64,000 nucleotides of DNA from Macrostomum lignano (Eukaryota), in assembly GCA_002269645.1 (NCBI GenBank), contig NIVC01001937.1:156249-220248 (forward strand), given 5' to 3'. A program made the translations under genes and the position numbers. The notes under the pieces were generated by a model that made no database searches, was not told the DNA's origin, and saw only the letters and a program-made list of their open reading frames with translations. Positions within the stretch are counted from its first letter, which is position 1. Each line of letters begins with the position of its first letter. Shown here piece after piece: positions 13,020 through 34,004 of this stretch.

Positions 13020-14372
13020 TTTTCTTTCTAAAATTAATGTTCAGCCATGTTTAAAGGTCGGACCAGAAGATAAGTTTGGCCAGAAATTTCCAAATCAAGA
13101 ACTGGAATGGTAGCTTTCTGGACAATAAATGTTACATATAGGATAGACATCTAGAACTAGATTAATTGCTCAATAAAAAACTCATTCCTTAGCTCTTTTC
13201 CATTTAAAGCCTTACTTAAGATTTTATGGTCCTTTTTAAAAGTCTTGCTAGTCAGTGTAGTCACTTCCGCTAACTTAAACGAATTCGATGATGTAAAGCT
13301 TCGAACTTGTAAAGTGTTTCGCTCTGGTGAAAGTAAGAAGCAATACTTTCGACAATATGAAATCTCGAGTTGTAAAAGTGACCCAGTAGGTAAGCTCTAT
13401 ATGGCTACCCAGTAATCAGCTAACCCCCACGGCCCACACAGAAGTTAAGCAAAGTGTGATTTTTTATTCAGCTTCTCCATGAGCTCGCAGCAACAACGGG
13501 TTGATATGACACTTATGTTCGTAATTCCTTCACAAAAGCATTGTTTAACTGTAGCTGCATGTATACATTTGTCTAATGCAGTCCAATATTCGGCTACAGA
13601 ACGTACTATATATCCATGTACTTAATCATTTTAGGCTAAGCTGAGTTCGAACAGTACTTTAGGTTGCTTCTGATTTCCTTGGTTATCCTTCTTTTGGGAA
13701 GTAAAGATTTCTTCGGATTAGATTATAAATGAATTAATCTGGCCGATAGTCATCTAAAGAGCGGCAGGATTCTGTCTTCGTCGAAATCTCCCACCGCTTT
13801 ATTGTCATAACTTTTAAGGCATATTTTTAGTATATGGATGCCTGCATTTTCAGGGCATCAATGTGGCAATTCTTGCCTCGTACTTTTATTTCAGTAGACG
13901 GAACACAAACAAAACAAGAAGCGATGCAGTCCTGCTCGAATTCAGATCAGACTTGCTGGAGCATAGTACAGATTGTCCTTTGTTCTCAGTCTCGAATAGA
14001 AGAAGCGCAGATAATTAGCCAAAATAGACTCTGGAATTAGTAATATATCAGTTGACAGCTTGTTACCTTCCAGAAATCTCTTTAAACGGTTTATATTGTC
14101 CTGGCCCTCTGCCGAACAGAAGAATCGGGTATACCATCGAATTCTAGCTCATTTAGCTCTCCAATCACGTCGTCTGGAATGTCGAGAGTCTCTTCTGACT
14201 CGATCTTGTCCGCGAATTCCTTGCTCAATTCCTCCAAATACCGGCGGTTTGACCCCGCTAAAATCCAGGCCAGCTCTTCGGTCGACATACCAGATACAAC
14301 TTCTCCAGGCAAATTTGAATAATTGATTAAGTGATTGATCATGTTTGAAGCGTGGTAAGAGCATGCTAACAA
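13020..14372 (-). mobile_element. Degraded Crypton-type (tyrosine recombinase, DUF3504-like) DNA transposon relic
   Basis: After a frameshift at ~14095 the minus strand reads NINRLKRFLEGNKLSTDILLIPESILANYLRFFYSRLRTKDNLYYAPASLI*IRAGLHRFL, matching the L-x2-FY-x3-R-x2-DG-x2-Y-x3-SL-x2-IRAG-x2-R signature of CryptonA/KCTD1/ZMYM-type domains. Downstream are LLNFCVGRGG (Arg-box like) and TSKT. Multiple stops. Confidence 0.7.
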
Positions 14373-15900
14373 ATTAAAATGTATCCTGACGTTCTTTTTC
14401 CTTTTACAGTGAATCTAAGCCCATAAATACTTATGCCAATATGTCTATGGTCCTAAATTGACAAATGAGAAGAAAGAATGGCCATAGACACTTAAAACTT
14501 ATTGTATGTTACAACACAGAGCCCGGAATTTTCGACATTGACGCCCGGAATTTTCTCACATTATGACAATATTATAAACATTTATTTTTTCTGGGCAAAA
14601 ATAAATGTAGAATTTAGTCGAAGCGCCCTCAAAATTCTACATTGTTTCCCGCAAAAATAAATATTGTTATATTGTAGCTGAACTTCGTAAAAGTTGCTAT
14701 TCAGTATGCCATATACTATACACACTACATTGCTTTGTCGGCGTTGTGAAATTTCGTGGACTTTTAAACCCCCCCCCTTTATTTCGGCTTTAAAAACTGC
14801 TGGCTAGAAAGATTTTTCGTTTAATTTCTAAAAGCACTAGCTAACATCTTACTGTGAGTAGTTAGTTACTTTATAAAGACAATACAGCTTTTTATTAAAT
14901 TTACTGCATGCCATCTAGCTCGTACAAATACGCTCGAAGGATCTAGGTTAGAATAAACTAGACTCACTGCATTTGGATTAATAAATAGTGGTTACAGTCC
15001 CCCCAATGTTGGCAGCTTTCACGATATTGGTCAATTACAGTATTACAATACATGTATAGTCATTTACTCGCACAACACTATATATAGTGTAGTCTTCACA
15101 ATTGGACTTTTGGCAACGTTGCATGCACATGCATTTGTACTCGTGTTATGCTCGCTTAACAATACCGTGAATAAAGAAAATTTAGTATAACGAGCATACA
15201 TGTAGTATATAGCATTTAGAAAAAAAGGCGAAGCTCGTCGGAAGCCGCCGTATATATTTAAGGCTAAGCGGTTCTTTCGGCGCTGGGCGGGGCCGGCATG
15301 GCAAGAGCAGAACCTCGAACTCGAGGACGAAAAATGAAAAAGGTTACGTTAACTTTTGAAGGAAGGAAGAAATAAAATGAATGAGCCGAGGACTTTAAAA
15401 AATGTTTTTGAACTAAACTGCCAGGCCAGCCAGCCAACCCAACTGCCATATTGTTTGTTTGTCGGTGTGACTCACGTTTAACTAAAAGATAGACGGGTAA
15501 TAGAAGCCTAAAGCTGTGGACTGTGGAGGCTTGTCTGGGCAGTGGAATTGGGTGGTAAAATTCCTAGACAACCCCTCGCCCGTGAAAGAGTGTACACAGT
15601 GGTCTTATAGGAAAGCGTACGGAGAATATGTACACTCACAGACAAACCCTACGACAGCAGTGTAGGGTTGATATCGATTTTTCTCTCCACTACGCAGACC
15701 CGTAGTGGAAAGAAAATCTCTCTCATCCAGTCAGAGCTTACCACGCCTGCCCTAACCTTCCCCAACCCCTCTTCTCTATCGTTGAGTGTCGGTAAAAACG
15801 AGCGCTCTGGGGGCCTACACAGAATCGCTTTGGAAATCTTGCTAGAATCTACTACTGCCTGCAGTAACTACATCATTTTCGCCCCAATTTGAACGCAAAG

Positions 15901-16535
15901 ATGTCCAACGTTTTCTTCGATATCACCACCAACGGCCAGCCTTTGGGCAGGATTGTTTTCAAACTGTATGATGACCTTGTCCCAAAGACAGCTGCGAACT
16001 TCAGGTGCCTCTGCACTGGCGAGAAAGGCATGGGCAGTAAGTGTAATTTATATTGCTGTTTACTCCTGAGTTTGTTTTTTACTTCAAACTTAAAAGTTCA
16101 AATGTGTCTAGATTAGCCATATTATTACTCCTTGACAGTTCACGCGATATTTTAGCTGCTTCCAAATATGCATGTGCATGTAATAATAGAATTGAAAAAA
16201 AAACAAGTCTGTACTTGAACTTTACTGCAAACTTGTGGCTGCTTCAATCCATCGCGGCAGAGTACATTATGGTGGTTTGATGTTTATTTAGAATGTTAAG
16301 ATTGACACTGGAAGAATTCATCTGCCTCACCTTTTCAGAGAGCGGCAAGCCGCTGCACTACAAGGGAAGCGGCTTCCACCGCATCATTCCCCAGTTCATG
16401 TGCCAGGGCGGTGACTTCACCCGCGGCAACGGCACCGGCGGCGAGTCCATCTACGGCGAGAAGTTCGAGGACGAGAAATTCGCCAAGAAGCACGAGAAGC
16501 CCTTCCTGCTGTCTATGGCCAATGCCGGCCCGAAC

Positions 16536-16567
<32 letters not shown>

Positions 16568-16712
16568 GAGCACTCCGTGGCTCGATGGCAAGCACGTTGT
16601 ATTCGGCGAGGTGATCTCTGGCGACGATGTGGTGAAGAAGATGGAGGCTCTCGGCAGCCAGAGCGGCAAGCCGTCCAAGACGGTGGTGATCGCCGACTGT
16701 GGCACCTGCTAA
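15901..16712 (+). CDS. PPIA: Cyclophilin-type PPIase, divergent-loop class, copy 2 (169 aa; exons 15901-16036, 16339-16712)
   Basis: Same exon sizes (136+374 nt) and intron phase as copy 1; N-terminus [21 protein letters not shown]; intact frame; AATAAA at ~16996. Confidence 0.96.
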
Positions 16713-17599
16713 GCCAGTTTGGTTGAAGTTGAACGAACCCGTTTAAGGGAGTTCAGGAATGACGATGTTTATTGATGAAAGTGTACGGATGTGTTGTGAC
16801 ACCAGATAAGGCTCTCTCGGTGTTAATGCTCTTATTTTTACTACTAATTATTGCTGTTAAGCCAATTTATAACTTCACCCTTCAGTGTATTGCAACCTAC
16901 TAATGTCCAACTCTGAACTTGTTCATTCAGGGCGCCTTCATAGCGCTTGCTAATTCAGCCCAGTGGTTTTTTCGACTTACAGTTTGATAAAAATAATAAA
17001 TAAACACTGCACTCAGTTCTGTCTGTCTGCTAAGTGTAATTTTATCTGCCTTTTGGTGTATTTTCTTCTTAGGAAAGATTTTGTTGTTAGATTAGTAATG
17101 TAATCCAGTCGGAATGTATACATTGGTGTTAGTGAACTGGCTAGCTTACTGCCAGTAGTGTGGTCAGATAAACTTTTTTAGACTATCCATTTTCTGCCTA
17201 TTACAGGCTTACACATGCAGTAAAATGGCAGTAGTATGAAAATGAAAATGGGACCCTCAAATGTAAAAGTGAAGGTTAACTTCCGAATTCTTTAAATTAA
17301 TGAATCGAATCTGCCGACTGATTTTGTGAGTATTGACAGGGATGGGAGTGTAAGACGTGAAACACCCTAATCGTTATCATCACTTGCCATTCATTTTAAT
17401 GACTATCATCACTTATACATGAGCGTGTGTGGGAAGCATTTCATACAACTGTCTCATCGTCGGAGTTCTTGCTATAAAAAGTACATGTAGTCACGCCACT
17501 GCGCATGCGTACTTCGGGTGTGTCATAAGTAATGTCACTAATGTGAAAACAGACGAACTTGCAATCGCAGATGAACAAAACTGTACCACTCAACAACAT

Positions 17600-18330
17600 A
17601 GAGTCCCCCAATATTAATCACCCTCTGGCAGTGCTCATACAGCTTGTCCACCTCAGCCTGCAGGTGTTTTTCCTCCAACTGCCATAACCAGTGCAACGCG
17701 GCCTGTTTTACCTCTTCATGGTTTGCGAAACTCTTCTTGGAAAAGTCAGCCTTCAGCCATTTGAACAGAAATCTCTTGCAAAAGTTGAAGTCTGGGCTGT
17801 AGGGACTGTCAGAGCATATTCACTTGCCGTGCAGGCAGAAAATTCGAAACAGCCTTCAGGTGTGCAGCCGTGCGGTGTCCATCTGCCACAGAACCTCGTC
17901 CAGGTGACATGGATTTGACCGGAGAGTGCACCAGAGGTCTCCAGTGTGCCGGAAAAAGTCGATAAAGTACTGGCCATCGACCTTGGTGTTCGGTGGAGTT
18001 GTGCAGATGGAGACTCGTTTGTTTGGCGTGAAGGCTACCAGCAGCATGGTCTTCTTGTCCGAGATGGACTTCCTAGTCACCATCGGCCTGAAGTCCCCAA
18101 CTCCCAACCAGCAGCGATTATCTGCCTTGCTGCCCTTGCCATCCAGATGGAGCCAGCTTTCATCCTCAGCAACCAGGCAGTTTAGGATGTCATTCAAGCC
18201 CCGGCTGCTAAACACCTTGCGGATCTGCTTGGTGCAGGCGTCTTGTCAAGATTCAAGATGATTTTTGTTCGCTGCATAGACGATTTTTCATCGCGTTGCA
18301 CTTGCTAAATCTGCTTGGCGTATTCTTGCG
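17600..18330 (-). pseudogene. Mariner-family (Tc1/mariner) transposase relic
   Basis: VAEDESW (first Asp), WQMDTARLH (second Asp; compare HDNARPH) and, after a frameshift, SPYSPDFNFCKRFLFKWLK (YSPDL motif, third Asp apparently lost). TIRs were not confidently located. Confidence 0.8.
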
Positions 18331-18851
18331 ATAGCTTGGGCCATAAACAACCTATGCACGTCTCAAATGCACTGCTATTGCTTCACTAAGTATACTTTGC
18401 AGCTACACTACCCACAAGTCCATGTGCCTACATATTTTAGACAGGCCTGCAGTGACATTACTTATGACACACCCGAAGTACATTATCTCTCGTGCAACTT
18501 AAACGATTTCAATAATGTAAATGTTCAAGCTTGTTCCAAGCCCATTAGATTTTAAGCTTGTGAACTAAAAACTTGAGCTTCTGTAGTGAAATTTTGAGCT
18601 TACGAATACATGTACACGTACATGTAGCTTCGAGCTAATGAAGTTAGGCATTATTACATGTACAGCACAATAATAAAAGTGGTGAGAACAAAAAGCAACA
18701 CAATTGATTGGGCAATAGCAACAATTCTATTTGTGCGTCCCAGAATGGACTTGCACAAAAACTTTTCTTCGCTTCGGATATACAAGCCGTACTAATAGAG
18801 CGGCAACAGTCGATTGTGTGTATATATAGTTCCTGCTGATCATGCGTGCGC

Positions 18852-28196
<9,345 letters not shown>

Positions 28197-29189
28197 CTTT
28201 GCGATAGCTTGGAGTCTCTGCTGGTGTGGCCTCTCCTTGAGTCGGTAAGGCGTCTCCTCGCCAATGCCCGGCTAAATAAAAGCCAGAAAGGAGACGCATC
28301 GCCGGCCTCCGCTGCTTGGCCGGCTGCTCGGACAGCGCGAAGCTGCCGTGGCCAATTAGCGAGGAGGTGACGGCCGGCCGAGAAAGTGAGAAAGTGGCTG
28401 CTGCTCGAGCTTGCTGACCCCCGAGTTTCCGCGTTTATTTTTCTTTCTCTGTCCGAATCCCATCTTATCCTGGGAAAGGGAAGCGGATTGACTGAATCAT
28501 CCTATCGGACAGGCGCCCCTCTGGCGTTTTGAGATGCGGCCCAACCTTTTTGAGCATTCGGATTCTGCCTGCATCCTGCGATAGTCAGATGGGCAAAGCT
28601 TCAGGGCTCACCTCCAGACGCGGCCATCGTTATTTCATAGCTGTCTGTCTTTGTCCATTTTCCCTAAAGAAAATCAACTTAGTGTCTATTCTAGGGTATA
28701 TATGAGTTCCGAAATGAGCCCGGAGCTGCTAGAGGCGTCTTATCATAGGACCGAATCGTTGGAAAAACCAATTATGACGGCGAAATTGATAAAGCGGTCT
28801 GCTTCCCGGGGAGAGGCTGGTTCCAGTGGGAGGAAGGCTTTCTCTGCTGATGTGCACTCAGATGAGTTTTAGCTCACATACAATTCGTACGCTTTAATCC
28901 CATAGAATGGAGTAAATGCGGTTTTTCAAGAACAAAAAATTCCGTTACAACAATCTCACGAAGGAAGGGAATATCAATATGCCAGGGTGTTGGCGCTATA
29001 TGCGATCAAACAGATCGGAAAGGTGCAGCAGCAATTGCCATAGACAGCTGGCTGGAACACATTGGCTGCTACTGCTTTATTTAGATAGACAATTACTTGT
29101 GCAGTTAAACACACTGAGAATTTCCAGCGCAACCTTTCACTTCCTTGGCCAAAATTGCTGCGAAGACGAAATAGCGCTAATAGCACTCA

Positions 29190-30994
29190 ATGAGGGAGCT
29201 GGAAGAGGCCAGTAATGAAGGTCATCGTAGCTCTGACGGAGAAGTGACGGAGCCAACGGAAGATGCCATTCCAGAGGCGGAGCCGACCTCTATGCACAAC
29301 AACCCTAATCAGGACGCGAACAGCCAAGCTAAGCTAGGCGCTACAAGTGGCCGGAAGCAGACCGAACGGGAAGATAATTTAGCAGGCGCAGAGAAAAAAT
29401 CAGACAACAAAATCACCTACGAAATCAGGAAAAAGCCGACAAACAGCATCGTTTTAGAAAATTTCAACTCACACGAGGCGGTGAACGGAAACAAAGATGA
29501 CAAAGCGCCGTTCGACATGGTGAAAAGTGAGGCAACTTATCTGGAATGGCTGGAGTTGGAGTCGCGGCTATTCCCGGTCAGATATTACCGTGAGCAGCAC
29601 ACAAAGGCGCAGCAGAAATATAACATTGTGCGCGTGCTAGGACAAGGCGGATTTGGTCTTGTGCTGCTGGTGAATGTTGAGAAAGGCGGCCCACTGTACG
29701 CTATGAAGGTCATGTCGAAAGAGAAGATCAAGGAGAAGAAAATGATCAAGTACATTATTGGAGAGCGCAGAGCACTGTCTGCTGTTCACCACCCGCTCAT
29801 CATGTCGCTAATTGACAAGCTGAAGGACAACTCAAACGTTTACATAATCATGCCCTTCATTGAGTGCGGCGACTTATTTCGTCTCATGCTTTCTACTCGG
29901 TTGAAGCGATTCAGCTACGAGGAGGCAAAGTTCTATGTGGCTCAGGTGCTTCTAGCATTCGAGTATCTGCATAAGATGCGGGTCGTTTACAGGGACCTGA
30001 AGCCAGAGAATCTGATGCTGGACAGGTCAGGCTACGTGCAGCTGGCCGACTTGGGGTTTGCTAAACTGCTGGACGCTAACAGAGGTGAGCGCACGGATAA
30101 AACTGTTTGGGGCAATGCCTGCATGTATGTCAAAAGCTGTTTACCGCAGTGAATGAACGCCTACGAGGTAAATACAGAAATGCGGCTGCGGTGTCGCGAA
30201 GATTAGATGTCGCTAGGTGACGTTTAGAACGCACTGAGTGTGAGATCATCACACAAAAAGCTGATATGCTGGCGTCACCGGAAAGAGAAATCGCAAGCAA
30301 AAATCCAAGCTTCCCTTTATTTGAAAATAGAATAGTTTGACGTTTCTTTCTTGGTTCCATTTTTGTTTGGGTGCAAATTTGCTGTGAAGGGTAGAATTTC
30401 TGTATAAGCAAATGCATCCTTAGCCTGGGTGAAAAAATTAAAAATTAATTTTGATTAAAATACAATCAATCGTCTAGCTGAATTTTTCATACCCTGTACA
30501 ATCCAGAGCGAACCTACAGCACCCTGGGCACGCCGGACTACATGGCGCCTGAGATTTTCTCGGCAAAGAACTGCGGCTACAGCTTCTCCGTGGATTGGTG
30601 GACAACAGGCTGTCTGTTGTACGAGTTCATGGTTGGATTTCCGCCATTCCACACTCCCGATGGAAACACGATGAACGTGATTAAGAAAATAATGACGTCA
30701 GAGGTTCAGTTTCCAAACTTCATTAAGCCCGACGCCAAAGATCTTGTAAGCTGCTTGTGCCAGAAGAACCCACACAAACGCCTGGGCTGCCAGAAGACGG
30801 GAGCAGCAGCTATCAGGGAGCACCCGTTCTTTCAAGACATTGACTTCGTCCGTGTCTTCCACAGGCAGCTGCCTGCGCCGCACAAGCCGACTAGCAAAGA
30901 TGACAAGACGTTCTACACTGGACGGCCAGTTCCGAAGAATGTGATCAAAATCAGCAGGACCATGCGCTTCAATACGATGTTCAAGGAGTTTTGA
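29190..30994 (+). CDS. Divergent PKA-catalytic-subunit-like AGC kinase, copy A (460 aa; exons 29190-30084, 30507-30994)
   Basis: LGQGGFGLV, YAMK, alphaC Glu (GERR), KDNSNVY, YRDLKPEN, DLG, spliced activation loop ANRERTYSTLGTPDYMAPE, VDWW, and a C-terminal FKEF* (PKA-type F-x-x-F end). Phase-1 GT-AG intron; ~110-aa low-complexity N-terminal extension. Confidence 0.93.
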
Positions 30995-32184
30995 CTTGAC
31001 GCATGCTCGTATTATTTTGTCAATATTTTTTAATTTCACTCAGAAGGACTGCATCGCATGCAATAGCTATGATGCATTGACACTTTAACAAAAACGTCAT
31101 GTGTTCACTGCCAGATCGACAGCCTATGTTACTATATTTAACTTCCTGAAACCACGCAAACAGCATTCTTTCACGCAGCTTTGAGTGTATTTCATTTGTA
31201 CATAACGTCTTTATTATTGTGTTACGCCGTCAAAGAATGCCTAAGAGTATTTTCCCTGTGGTAAGAATAGTAAAAATATTTAGCTAAAATAAGTGAACTC
31301 ATTCGAACAGTTCCTACAACATAAATCTCTCGACAATCTGAATGCGCCAGAATGTTTCCAGTCTCTTGTTACCTTCTTCTGGAATTTGGTACGTTGATCA
31401 AGTGGGTTGCAGCACTGACTTGCGGCACGTGGATGTTAAAACAATATGCCTTCTCTTAATCGCGTCGAAAGCTCGAATAGGCGATCCGAGTGTAGAAAAA
31501 GGAAAAAGAGATTCACTTAGGACCCGAAAGTGCATAAGAATCGAGGGTCATCTTCTCAAGGACTCTAGAATCAGTAAAGTCAAACAAAGTTTTTGAGAAG
31601 GAATAACGTATACCATTTCTGTGATAGCACTTATCAAAACTGGACATCATCGGAGCACAAGAAACAGACCTGGATGGGATGGATGTCCCGGCGTTTCTAG
31701 TCCGACAAGTTACCAATTGAAGTAGGTTTGGTCGGCTTCATTCCAGTCCTGAAGTTGACATCGAATTTTCCTTAGCAGTATCAGCAACAGAGCGGCAACA
31801 CCTGGAGCACCGAGACAGAAAAAACATAGACACCTAGCGGATCATGGTCAAATTGGTGTGCAATCAAGCATTCAAGGTCTCTGAGTTGTCTTAAAGCATC
31901 TTGTGAACCAATAGGGACTATTGGTACTGAAAGACAAGGATTTGATAATAAAGATTATCCTGACAAGCTTTCAAAGCTACTTAAGGGCAACAATTTTTTT
32001 AGAGTTTTTTCGTGTAATTGGTTGCTTGTGTACCTCCTTGACACTATGTCTTAGATCAATGTGGAAAATGCGAACCACAAGTGTAAAGTCTATGTCTCAG
32101 AGCCAGCCAGCAGCCTCAATCGAGATAAGAGCACTCACACTATTGCATCGTTAAAAAATAGCACGATACTACGATCAACCTTCA

Positions 32185-33508
32185 ATGGGTGAGCCCGCCC
32201 ACGGAACCCACGACAAGGTGCCATTTGACATGGTAAAAAGCGGGGCAACTTATCTGGAATGGCTGGAGTTGGAGTCGCGTCTATTCCCAGCTAGGTTCTT
32301 CAAAGAGCCGCAAACGAAAGCAAAACAAAAGTACAGCGCAGTGCGCGTTCTCGGACAAGGCGGATTTGGTCTTGTGCTGCTGGTAAACATCCAGAAAGGC
32401 GGCCCACTGTACGCTATGAAGGTCATGTCGAAAGAGAAGATCAAGGAGAAGAAAATGATCAAGTACATTATTGGAGAGCGCAGAGCACTGTCTGCTGTTC
32501 ACCACCCGCTTATCATATCGCTAATTGACAAGCTGAAGGACAACTCAAACGTTTACATAATCATGCCCTTCATTGAGTGCGGCGACTTATTTCGTCTCAT
32601 GCTTTCTACTCGGTTGAAGCGATTCAGCTACGAGGAGGCAAAGTTCTATGTGGCTCAGGTGCTTCTAGCATTCGAGTATCTGCATAAGATGCGGGTCGTT
32701 TACAGGGACCTGAAGCCAGAGAATCTGATGCTGGACAGGTCAGGCTACGTGCAGCTGGCCGACTTGGGGTTTGCTAAACTGCTGGACGCTAACAGAGGTG
32801 AGCAAGAATGAAAAGTTATTTCTGTGACAGCTATGGCACTCTCAGACAGGACCTCCTGATTTCGGACTGAAGCAAAGCCAGCTTAATTCCTGATTTCAAT
32901 CCGGCAATCAGTCAACTGAAGCAAAGCCATTTCAATCATCATTGCTGATTGAAAAAAGTAGTTGAATGATTTGTACAATAGCGCTAACTTTTGCCTTGAA
33001 AATCTATCTGCCCAATCCAGAGCGAACCTACAGCACCCTGGGCACGCCGGACTACATGGCGCCTGAGATTTTCTCAGCAAAAAACTGCGGCTACAGCTTC
33101 TCCGTGGATTGGTGGACAACAGGCTGTCTGTTGTACGAGTTCATGGTTGGATTTCCGCCATTCCACACTCCCGACGGAAACACGATGAACATTTTAAAGA
33201 AAATAGTGAACGCTGAAATCCAGTTTCCAAACTCAATCAAGCCCGACGCCAAGGATCTCGTGACCTGCTTGTGTCAAAAGAATCCACACAAACGTCTGGG
33301 CTGTCAGAAGAGAGGAGCCACCGCGATCAGGGAGCACCCGTTCTTTCAGGACATCGATTTCGTCCGCATCTTCCACAAGCAGCTGCTGGCGCCGCACAAG
33401 CCGACTAGCAAGAGCGACAAGACGTTCTACACCGGACGGCCAGTGCCGAAAAACATCATTAAGATCAGCAGGACCATGCGCTTCAGGACGCAGTTTTTGG
33501 ACTTTTAA
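32185..33508 (+). CDS. Divergent PKA-catalytic-subunit-like AGC kinase, copy B (366 aa; exons 32185-32797, 33021-33508)
   Basis: Same motifs and intron position as copy A; short N-terminus; ends FLDF*. Confidence 0.93.
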
Positions 33509-34004
33509 TGCGTCGTTTATCAAGCCTTGCTCTTCACAATTGGCCTCTATTTGTGTGTAAAACGTTTGCACCTAATTTGTTTCGATACTTGCGAGTATTA
33601 TTTGTTTTAATAAACTTCGTTTTTGCCTGTACATTTGTTGTACGCTATGGATCGCCGTCACTTACACTCAGTTTCCTTTTTTCTTCAAAGAACTTTTGAG
33701 CAAGAAAAATCTAACTCTTAGCTTGCAAGTGTTGTTACTAATAGTAAGTTAAATGTGAGCAAAATTTTTCCTAAAATAATTTCTGTTTTTGTCATCTCCG
33801 ACAGGTTAGTTCTCTTGTCGCATTAGAGATCAAATTTCTGATCTTGAACCATCCGCTTCTTAACTGAGATGGGCCTAAAACCTCGATCGAATTTTGAAGA
33901 AAAAAATTGATAGTCCCACAGGGACAGACGTCTGGTTTAAGAGGGCTCCACAAGTTTAGAAGGTTAATTTAACATTTAGCGTTTAAATTTTACATTCAGT
34001 TCCA

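Noticed and set aside
31320-31900. BEL/Pao LTR retrotransposon remnant on the minus strand (LCF-CL-like knuckle, KRLETFWRI)
   Set aside because: Only two short motif resemblances, each needing frameshifts; insufficient without a database search.
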